Below are positions 17,401 to 23,824 of a stretch of 32,000 nucleotides of DNA, in pieces. Origin of the DNA: Gemmata obscuriglobus (lineage in GTDB: Bacteria; Planctomycetota; Planctomycetia; Gemmatales; Gemmataceae); NCBI RefSeq assembly GCF_008065095.1, contig NZ_CP042911.1, positions 5,940,001 through 5,972,000 of the forward strand, given 5' to 3'. The notes beneath the pieces were generated by a model. The model was not told the DNA's origin, ran no database searches, and saw only the letters and a list, made by a program, of their open reading frames with translations. The stretch's first letter is position 1. Each line of letters opens with the position of its first letter. A program made the position numbers and the translations under genes.

Positions 17401-17974
17401 CGGGTTCGCCTCCACCAAAACCATCAGCGTCACCGTGCGGGACAAGGAAGAGGGCGTCGTCACGCCGTTCACCGACACCTTCAACCGCGCCGCCGAGGAC
17501 CTGGAGCAGAGCCCCAACTGGCTCCGCGCGGGCGGGGACGCGGGCCGACTCGCGGTCGCGGGCAACGCCCTCACCATCGCGACCGCGGGCGCGTTCTCGG
17601 CCTACTTCAGCCCCGACACCGGCAGCACCGACCACTACGTCCAGGCCGCTCTGTACGGCGACCTGGCCCTGATCGCGGTGAGCCTCACCGACGAGCAGAA
17701 CTTCGTCGCCGCCGGGCGCTCCGGGGGTAACGTGGTCCTGAGACAGCGCGCCGCCGGGGTCGAAACGACCCTCGGCTCGTGGGCCGGGGTCGGCAACAGC
17801 ACCGTCCGGCTCGAGTACGCCGCCGGGGTCGCCACCGTGACGCGTAACGGCGTCACGCTGGGCACCGTGAACGTCACATCCGGTCCGCCCGCCACCACCC
17901 GGGCCGGGATCGTCGTCGGCACCGTCGGCCCGGCCGGCACCGTCATCGACAACTACGCGGCGGGCGCGCTCTAA
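14420..17974 (+). CDS. 1184-aa fibre/depolymerase-like protein: G8-like N-terminus, beta-helix-like core, cadherin-like repeat, LamG/ConA-like C-terminus
   Basis: The start is ATG 14420 inside the artefactual ORF 11996-17974. NGNWSDPTLWDTGTVPGANAVCNV..DL..D..IKDIHVGG..RF fits the G8 pattern (about 14620-15010). VAENAVLSV..RFEI...G...L.....DHE.......Y.VTV.ATN fits a cadherin-like repeat (about 17150-17450). Domain calls come from motif memory only. Confidence 0.7.
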   Translation: MRRRSVILNRTAAAVAPDAPGAFRVPMITAWYTGKTVPAPQSYHDAVAVDAADANTHPHMGPFTHNTVKNGNWSDPTLWDTGTVPGANAVCNVAHDVSYDLESDVKIKDIHVGGAARFRFVAHKDTRLWVDTLMNHGIQSLPDGVGFIPESATPGKPRCEVVFWQSEAPGATTRLGINTMGPCRIAGADKTPRLWCPVTIAAGATSATVPGLSRAKWRVGDTIVIGATTDAGVSSTDSQYAGPTQFFGPFNGTDAVRTRTSGYQLSRDEPVTITAIVGDVLYWDAATGYDHPVYADTLPHGQTVTHKVPVINLSRSVRFRSEDPSTLQTRAHAMFMFSDDVDVRNVECLNMGRTDTDPSLARPDGTLAYATDGGALVTNVNNVRGRYPLHVHGTGPYFARKQTVLKGCTVWAPKDAPPTPGWAITHHNSRAAVEGCNVYNVRGAGIVSELGNEIGQWIGCTVMWARGDGFPASWGSRAELWQNHNGHAGIGFESQARQVLQRDNVATSCHSAWFFMQQDTNHLARIADLYSLRLHDPLTQGYGLFGGISPLTRGTYGVEQPQIPDFDDNVAYGCGNLFTVSHRQFTDRTDNTPMISKRCHAVNCRRAINLINYSFNYSFYDFVYRGAAGATAAAALGNVAWAFSFVNGVIRDFPTGILSNGIGFNLNGVYVDISTTNVTTPASDFAADFDTTAWQAANPGKDFATQSAFAGLEGPWVTDPVSVPGVRWKGVLRKGEILNSATDLPRPYPALPRGFGGTEPAPGTPKPYLWIDPASDLSLTPTTTVTFYGAVVDSVGVRAYPEAFSSESFSPATVNYGRLTRTNTGGATGTELVLRNGCFQADGGWKTRLHIVDHDRLTGEYLIAPVDVTLTGFDGQFLLDNAGTPVAPALPLAPEEIGATAPPLVISTTPPTVVTADTASVAENAVLSVALRADDGQVKWAIAGGADAARFEITKVNGVSSLRWAGNATRDHEAPADADADNVYAVTVRATNPLGFASTKTISVTVRDKEEGVVTPFTDTFNRAAEDLEQSPNWLRAGGDAGRLAVAGNALTIATAGAFSAYFSPDTGSTDHYVQAALYGDLALIAVSLTDEQNFVAAGRSGGNVVLRQRAAGVETTLGSWAGVGNSTVRLEYAAGVATVTRNGVTLGTVNVTSGPPATTRAGIVVGTVGPAGTVIDNYAAGAL

Positions 17975-18000
17975 CCCGACAACCAACAGAAAGGAACGGC

Positions 18001-18177
18001 ATGGCCTGGGCCAAGAAACTCCTCGCGCGGTACAACCGCAACGGCTATATGAGCGGTGGCACCGACCCCGGCCCCATCTCGTCCGCCCGCCAACTGTACC
18101 GCGAGCACATCTACGCGCTGCCGCCCGGCACGCTGCCCGGCACGATCCGGGCCTTCTGCCGGGAGGAGCCGGTGTGA
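18001..18177 (+). CDS. hypothetical small protein (58 aa)
   Basis: AAAGGAA SD 6 nt upstream. The stop overlaps the next start (TGATG). Below the ORF-track length cutoff. Confidence 0.5.
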   Translation: MAWAKKLLARYNRNGYMSGGTDPGPISSARQLYREHIYALPPGTLPGTIRAFCREEPV

Positions 18178-18635
18178 TGGACTTCTCCGTGACGATCGAG
18201 GGGCTGGACAAGATCCAGAACGCCACGAGCGAGATGCAGAAGGCCGTCGCCGCCGAGGTCAACAAGGCCCTGTTCGCGTCCGCCAAAAAGGTGGAGGGCG
18301 ACGCCAAGAAGAGCATCACCGCCGGGGGGAAGACGGGCCGCGTCTACACGCGCCGCTCGGTCACCCACCAGGCGTCCGCCCCCGGCGAGGCCCCCGCGTC
18401 CGACACCGGGCGGCTGGTCAACTCGATCAACTCCGCCCTCAACGCGTCCGAACTGGAATCCACCGTCACCGCCGGCGAGGGCGCCGTGAAGTACGCCGCC
18501 ATGCTGGAGTTCGGCACCCGCCACGTCGCCGCCCGGCCCTTTATGTTCCCGGCGCTCGAACAGAACAAGGCCTGGATCACGGAGCGCCTCGCCGCCGCCG
18601 TGCGCAAAGCCGCCGCCAAGTCCATCGGCAAATAA
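18177..18635 (+). CDS. HK97 gp10-family tail completion / head-tail joining protein
   Basis: APGEAPASDTGRLVNSI, YAAMLEFGTRHVAARPFMFPAL are characteristic HK97 gp10-family motifs. GTG 18174 is an alternative start. Confidence 0.8.
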   Translation: MDFSVTIEGLDKIQNATSEMQKAVAAEVNKALFASAKKVEGDAKKSITAGGKTGRVYTRRSVTHQASAPGEAPASDTGRLVNSINSALNASELESTVTAGEGAVKYAAMLEFGTRHVAARPFMFPALEQNKAWITERLAAAVRKAAAKSIGK

Positions 18636-19114
18636 TGGCCTCGCCCGACAACGCCCTCCAGGCCGCGCTGTACCGGCGGCTCACCACCTACGCGCCGCTC
18701 ACCACCGCCCTCGGCCGCCCCAACGTGTTCGACTTCGTCCCGCCCGCGACGGTCACCGCCCCCTACGTGGTGATCGGCGAGGACACGCTGACCGACTGGG
18801 ACACAAAAACCGACCCCGGCTGGGACGGCACCCTTACGATCCACGTCTGGGACTACCAAAAGGCGGGCCGCAAGTCGGTCAAGACCCTGCTCGGCCACGT
18901 CTACGACGCGCTCCACCGCCAGGAATCGGCCCTCGCCGTGACCGGGTTCCTGCTCGCCGAGCTCCGCTGGGACGGGTTCCAGGCCACGTTCCAGGAGGCG
19001 GGAATCGAAGGCGAGAACGACCACTACTACCACGGCGTCACCCGGTACCGGGCGCTCGTCGAGCCGGGCGCAACGGTCGGAACGGGCGCCCCGTTCCCCG
19101 TGGCGCTCCTCTAA
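18635..19114 (+). CDS. DUF3168-type tail terminator/completion protein
   Basis: TAATG-coupled start inside ORF 18056-19114. The pattern L...L......L......VFDFVP......PYVVIGE......D.......LTIHVWD matches DUF3168. Confidence 0.7.
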   Translation: MASPDNALQAALYRRLTTYAPLTTALGRPNVFDFVPPATVTAPYVVIGEDTLTDWDTKTDPGWDGTLTIHVWDYQKAGRKSVKTLLGHVYDALHRQESALAVTGFLLAELRWDGFQATFQEAGIEGENDHYYHGVTRYRALVEPGATVGTGAPFPVALL

Positions 19115-19150
19115 CCACTTCACACATCACACCCAAGGAAGGACACCTCT

Positions 19151-19555
19151 ATGGCGGCACAACGCGGACGACTCATGCTCCTCAAGATCGGCACGGCCGC
19201 GGCCGGCACGCTGCTCGGCGGGCTCAAGAGCACCACCCTCACCATGAACAACTCGGTCATCGACGTGAGCACCAAGGACACCCTCGGGTGGCGCGAGCTG
19301 CTCGAGGACGGGAGCCTCAAGTTCTTCTCCATCGCGTGCGACGGGATATTCAAGGACTCCACCACCGACGAGACGATCCGCGGGTACGTGTTCGCCAACA
19401 CCCTGAACACGTTCACCTTCGTCTTCCCCAACGGGGACACCATCGAGGGCACGTTCCAGGTCACCAACTACCAGCGCGCCGGCGCGGTCGAAGGGGTGGA
19501 GACGTACTCCATGACCCTCGAGTCGTCCGGCATCCCCGTTTTCACCGCCGCATAA
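19151..19555 (+). CDS. major tail (tube) protein, TP901-1/phi13-like
   Basis: AAGGAAGGA SD. LLKIGT..., IDVSTKD..GWRELL..G..SFSIACDGIF, GTFQVTNYQRAGAVEG..TYSMTLESSG. Confidence 0.8.
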   Translation: MAAQRGRLMLLKIGTAAAGTLLGGLKSTTLTMNNSVIDVSTKDTLGWRELLEDGSLKFFSIACDGIFKDSTTDETIRGYVFANTLNTFTFVFPNGDTIEGTFQVTNYQRAGAVEGVETYSMTLESSGIPVFTAA

Positions 19556-19569
19556 AGGAGTAACCCCAC

Positions 19570-19932
19570 ATGGCCACTTTAACCGTCCAGACCAGCACCT
19601 TCGCCGGGCTCAACCACACGAGCGCCGCCGCGTCGACCGCCGACAACTTCGCCAACGACGGCCGCACGTTCCTGCTGTTCACCAACGCCAACGCCTCGGC
19701 CCGCACCCTGACCATCGCGGCCAACGCCACCAGCCGCCCCGGGTTCGGGTCCATCGCCACGCCCGCAACCGTGGTGACCCTGCCGGGTTCCGCCACGAAC
19801 GGCGGTCTGGCGGTGGTCGGCCCGTTCCCCACGGAGCGGTTCAACGACATCACCACCGGCCGGGTGAGCTACACGCTCGACGTCGCCACCGGCATGACCG
19901 TCGCCGCCGTCAAGCTGGCGAGCTACCTGTGA
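19570..19932 (+). CDS. hypothetical tail-module protein
   Basis: AAGGAG SD, high GC3, lies between the tube gene and the chaperone genes. No motif recognised. Confidence 0.55.
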   Translation: MATLTVQTSTFAGLNHTSAAASTADNFANDGRTFLLFTNANASARTLTIAANATSRPGFGSIATPATVVTLPGSATNGGLAVVGPFPTERFNDITTGRVSYTLDVATGMTVAAVKLASYL

Positions 19933-20402
19933 GCGCGTTCGTAGCCGCCCGGCCGCGCTACACGCTCCCGTTCGCGGGGAAGGATTACGAGCTGCTCGGC
20001 ACGTTCGGCATGATCGAGGCCGTCGAGTACGCCACCAAGGCCCACATCGGGGTGGCGGCGGTTCAGATCGTCAACGGGATGCCGGTGAACGAACTGGCCA
20101 AGGTCATTTCCGCCGTCCTGACGGCGTGCGGCCACAAAGTGAGTGCCGATGAGGCGGGCGCGTCGCTGATGGACGTGGTCGGGCTGGAGGGCGAGGACAA
20201 CCAGGTCCTGCGGTTCCACCTGTACGCCTTCCTGAGCATCTGCCTCGCGCCCCCGAGTGCCCGGGAGAAGAAGGCCCACCAGATGGGGGAGCTCATCGGG
20301 AAGCTGACGGGCGCTTCCCGTGGCAAAACTACCGACGCATCTGCCTCGGCGCCCTCCGCATGCAGCCCTCCGAGTTCTGGGGTACCGACACCTGGACCGT
20401 GA
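19929..20402 (+). CDS. tail assembly chaperone (lambda G-like / GTA g10-like)
   Basis: GTGA-coupled start. Located just upstream of the tape measure gene. FAGKDYELLGTFGMIEAVE resembles GTA-type chaperones. The last 35 aa or so (A/S/P-rich) look like out-of-frame read-through. Confidence 0.6.
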   Translation: MSAFVAARPRYTLPFAGKDYELLGTFGMIEAVEYATKAHIGVAAVQIVNGMPVNELAKVISAVLTACGHKVSADEAGASLMDVVGLEGEDNQVLRFHLYAFLSICLAPPSAREKKAHQMGELIGKLTGASRGKTTDASASAPSACSPPSSGVPTPGP

Positions 20403-20545
20403 TGGACGCTTACGAGGGGTACGCCCAGAGCCAGGGCATCAAGCTCGCGGGCGACACCACGCTCACGAGAGACGAGATCGACGACCTGCAACAATGGATG
20501 GAAGAAGAGGAGCAGAAGATGGCACAGAGGGCGGGTAACGCGTGA
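20360..20545 (+). CDS. tail assembly chaperone -1 frame segment (lambda T-like / rcc01693-like)
   Basis: Lies in the -1 frame relative to 19929-20402. Family-like sequence (..WQNYRRICLGALRMQPSEFWGTDTW..) begins upstream of the first ATG (about 20321), suggesting expression by frameshifting. The stop overlaps the tape-measure GTG. Confidence 0.5.
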   Translation: MQPSEFWGTDTWTVMDAYEGYAQSQGIKLAGDTTLTRDEIDDLQQWMEEEEQKMAQRAGNA

Positions 20546-22260
20546 CGGACGTCGGGGAGGTCACGGTCCGCATCCGCGCCGACGCGGCCCAGCTCGAGCG
20601 CGAGATGCAGCGGGCCAACGCCGTGGTGCGGCAGAGCGCCGGCGGCATGGGGGCGTCGTTCGGCGGGTTCAAGGCGCACCTGGTGTCGCTCGCGTCCGCC
20701 CTGTCCACCGTCGGGTTCGTCCAGTTCGGCAAGCACGCCGTGGACGCCGCCGGGCACATGGTCGACCTCGCCGACCGCATCGGGTTCACCGCGAGCACCC
20801 TGTCGGCCCTCCAGATCCCGCTCGCCGCCAGCGGCTCGAACCTCGACGAGTTCAGCGCCGCGGTCAACAAGATGAACAACCTGATCGGCGAGGCCGCCAA
20901 GGGCAACGAGGAGGCCGTGAAGGCGTTCGACGCCCTCGGCCTGTCGGTGGCCAAACTCCGCACCCTGTCGCCCGAGGAGCAGTTCTACGAGATCGCCCAG
21001 GCGGTCGGGCAGATCAAGGACCAGAGCACCCAGACCGAGGCCGGGATGAACGTCTTCGGCCGCGGGTTCGCCGCCATGCTCCCCCTCCTCAAAGAGTACG
21101 AGGGCGACATGCGCAAGGCGGTGGGCGCGCAGAAGGAGCTGGGCGACGCCCTGGACGACGACACGCTCCAGCGGATCGACGCGTTCGGGGACGCCCTGTC
21201 CGCGGCCGGGATCAAGATCGAGAACGCGTTCCTGCGGGCCTTCGCCGCCATCCTCAAGGTGATCGACGAGATCCCCGCGGTCGACGCGCTGGCGGACCAG
21301 ACCGCCTCGCGGTACGGGACCGATTCCGCCGCGCCCACCACCGGGAACACGAAGTTCGGCGTCACGCCGGCGAGCGGCCCCCACACCCAGTACCCGCTGG
21401 AGGAAGTGGTCCGCACGGGGACCGGCGCCAAGGGCGACAACAAATCCCTGCTCGGGGCGAAGGACGCCGCCGACGCGGCCAAGGCCCGGGCCAAACAGAT
21501 CCGGGACGCGACGGCCGCCCTCGACGACTACAACCGCTCGCTCCGCGAGGAGGGCGCGCTGCTCGGCCTGTCCGACCGCGACGCGGCGGCACAAGAGGCC
21601 CGGTTCCGGGTCGAGGAGATCGCCCGCAAGGGGAACATCACCCTGACCCAACAGCAGATCGACGCCAGCGCCGAACTGGCGGCCCAGAATTATGACCTGA
21701 AGGCGGCCCAGGACGAGGTGAACAAGGCGATCCAGGAAGCCACCCGGTTCCAGCAGGAGCTGCACGACAAGCTCTCGTCCACCCTCACCGACATCGCGTT
21801 CAAGGCCGGGTCCGCCACCGAGGCCATGCTCGGGTTCGCCGAATCCATCGCCCGAGCCGCGTTCGAGAAGCGGATCGCCGGGCCGCTGGCGGACGCGCTG
21901 ATCGGCACCGGCGGCAGCAAGGGGTTCCTCGACGACGCCATCAGCGGCGCGGGCAGCCTGTTCGGCGGGTTCTTCGCGGACGGCGGCTCGCCCCCGGTCG
22001 GGCTCCCGTCGGTCGTCGGCGAGCGCGGCCCCGAAATCTTCGTGCCCAGGACCGCGGGCACCATCGTCCCGAACCACAACCTCGGCGGCACCACCGTCAT
22101 CGTCCAGCAGACCATCCAGGTGAACCCCGGCGTCCCCGAACTCATCAACGCCCGCATCCGCGAGGCCGCCCCCGTCATCGCCGCCCAGGCCCAGGCCGCC
22201 GTGTTCAGCGAGATGCAGAAGGGCGGGGCCGGGGCGCGCATCACCGGGCTGAGGAACTGA
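20542..22260 (+). CDS. tail tape measure protein (572 aa)
   Basis: Position fits, the protein is alpha-helical and A/L/E-rich, and the core resembles TP901-type tape measures (..AVNKMNNLIGEAAKGNEEAVKAFDALGLS..EEQF..IAQAVG..). Confidence 0.85.
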   Translation: MTDVGEVTVRIRADAAQLEREMQRANAVVRQSAGGMGASFGGFKAHLVSLASALSTVGFVQFGKHAVDAAGHMVDLADRIGFTASTLSALQIPLAASGSNLDEFSAAVNKMNNLIGEAAKGNEEAVKAFDALGLSVAKLRTLSPEEQFYEIAQAVGQIKDQSTQTEAGMNVFGRGFAAMLPLLKEYEGDMRKAVGAQKELGDALDDDTLQRIDAFGDALSAAGIKIENAFLRAFAAILKVIDEIPAVDALADQTASRYGTDSAAPTTGNTKFGVTPASGPHTQYPLEEVVRTGTGAKGDNKSLLGAKDAADAAKARAKQIRDATAALDDYNRSLREEGALLGLSDRDAAAQEARFRVEEIARKGNITLTQQQIDASAELAAQNYDLKAAQDEVNKAIQEATRFQQELHDKLSSTLTDIAFKAGSATEAMLGFAESIARAAFEKRIAGPLADALIGTGGSKGFLDDAISGAGSLFGGFFADGGSPPVGLPSVVGERGPEIFVPRTAGTIVPNHNLGGTTVIVQQTIQVNPGVPELINARIREAAPVIAAQAQAAVFSEMQKGGAGARITGLRN

Positions 22261-22860
22261 TGCCCATTCACCTGCCCGCCACCGGAATCGTCACCTCCCG
22301 CTTCGGGCTGGAGTGGAACACGCAGTCCATGACCAGCCCGTTCACCAAGTCCACGCAGCGCGTCGCCCTCGGCGGCGCCCGGTGGATGTGGACGTTCTCC
22401 CTGCCCGCCATGACGCGGGACAAGGCGGCCCAATGGAAAGCCTTCACCGACCAACTGGAGGGTGCGGCCAACACGTTCTACGGCTACGACCCCGATTGCG
22501 TCGTCCCGCGCGGCCCCCGCCCGCGGCACCCCGCTCGTGAAGGGCGCGAACCAGACCGGCAGCGCCCTCGGCATAGACGGTTGTGCGGCCGACGCCGTGT
22601 TCCTCCGCACCGGCGACTACTTCTCCGTGAACGGCGAGTACAAGCGGCTGATCGCGGACGCCGTGGCCGACGGGTCGGGAGAAACAACGCTCCGGTTCAA
22701 GCCCGCGCTGCGCGCGAGCCCCGTGGACAACGCGGTGATCGTGGTCGACGCCCCTAAGTGCGTGATGGCACTGACCGACGACCAGCAGGGCATCTGGGAG
22801 TGCGACGTGCGCGGCGTCTACCAGCCCAAGACGTTTACCGCGACCGAGGTGTTCAGCTAA
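22260..22860 (+). pseudogene. distal tail / minor tail protein, split by a +1 frameshift near 22512-22528
   Basis: The N-terminal half is in the frame of ORF 22260-22757 (good sequence up to ..YGYDPDCVVPRG). The C-terminal half is in the frame of ORF 22462-22860 (good sequence from ..ARGTPLVKGANQTG). Each frame turns into R/P-rich nonsense beyond the junction. Confidence 0.6.
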
Positions 22861-23432
22861 TGACCGGCACCCGCGACGTCGATTCCGCCACCCTCACCGC
22901 CGCCGAGCAGGACGTCATCCACCCGGTCCTCATGGCCAAGCTGGAGTTCGACGGCGGCGCCGTGCTCGCCCACTCCCGCCTCGGGGAACTCGCGTTCGAC
23001 GGCGACACCTACATTGGCGTCGGCCAGTTCGGCGGGGTGACCGCCGCCGAGGAGTCCAGCGACCTGGCCCGCACCACCCTCAACCTGACCCTGTCCAACA
23101 TCCCCGGCGACATGGGCGCCGTCGCCCTCGGCGACCACTACCAGGGCCGCACCGCCACCCTGTACCTCGGGTACATCGACCCCGACACCCAGCAGCTCGC
23201 GGGCGCCCCCGCCATCCTGTACCGGGGCCGCATGGACACCATGGACATCGAGCAGGGCGACACGTTCACCGTCACCGTCGGCATCGAGAGCCGGTTCGCG
23301 GCCTGGGACAAGCCCGTCGTGCGGCGCTACAACAACGCCGACCAGCAGGCCCGGTACCCCGGCGACAAGGGCCTGGAGTTCGCCGAGCAGTCGGCCGAGA
23401 AGCAGGTCGTCTGGGGCGGGAAGCTCCAGTGA
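22860..23432 (+). CDS. tail hub / minor tail protein (DUF2163/BR0599-like, GTA g13-like)
   Basis: TAATG-coupled start inside ORF 22758-23432. The pattern AKLEFDGG......LGELAFDGDTYIGVGQFGGV...EES.DL......L.LS fits this family as I recall it. Confidence 0.6.
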   Translation: MTGTRDVDSATLTAAEQDVIHPVLMAKLEFDGGAVLAHSRLGELAFDGDTYIGVGQFGGVTAAEESSDLARTTLNLTLSNIPGDMGAVALGDHYQGRTATLYLGYIDPDTQQLAGAPAILYRGRMDTMDIEQGDTFTVTVGIESRFAAWDKPVVRRYNNADQQARYPGDKGLEFAEQSAEKQVVWGGKLQ

Positions 23433-23824
23433 CGCGCACCGAAGGCTGGGAGCAGCTCCTCAACGACCACATCGAGCGGGCGCGCGACCTCGTGTTCCAG
23501 TGGGGCACCACCGACTGCGCGTTGTGGTGCGCCGAATGGGTCACAATCGCCACCGGGGAGGACTTCGCCGAGCCCTGGCGCGGGCGGTACGAGTCCGAAG
23601 TCGAGCTGAACGCATTGCTCGTTGCCATGGACCTGACCGGTCCGGCGGACATCGCCGATCTGGCGCTCCCCCGGGTGGCCGTGGCCTTCGCCCAGCGGGG
23701 CGACGTGGTCCTCTGGCAGAACGGCCTCGGCATCTGCAACGGCACCCACAGCCATTTCCTCACGGAGCGCGGCGTCACCCGCGCGCGGACGCGGGACTGC
23801 ACCGCCGCCTGGCAGGTGCGCTGA
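23429..23824 (+). CDS. NlpC/P60-like tail-associated peptidase (GTA g14 / lambda K-like position)
   Basis: GTGA-coupled start. FQWGTTDCALWCAEWV (candidate Cys) and GDVVLW..GLGICNG. The catalytic His is not obvious. Confidence 0.55.
   Translation: MTRTEGWEQLLNDHIERARDLVFQWGTTDCALWCAEWVTIATGEDFAEPWRGRYESEVELNALLVAMDLTGPADIADLALPRVAVAFAQRGDVVLWQNGLGICNGTHSHFLTERGVTRARTRDCTAAWQVR

Noticed and set aside
11996-17974. A 1992-aa ORF that looks like one giant protein spanning four genes
   Set aside because: Only the part from ATG 14420 onward reads like protein. Upstream it is R/G/P-rich nonsense overlapping well-formed genes in other frames (11973-13688, 13702-14418). Long open frames like this are expected in high-GC DNA.
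15494-18319. Long antisense ORFs (this one, plus 11967-14330, 9960-11966, 20410-22077, 5171-6586, 7150-8337 and similar)
   Set aside because: Their translations are dominated by G/R/A/P/V runs with no motifs. They are mirror images of clearly coding plus-strand genes, so they are shadow ORFs caused by GC3 bias.
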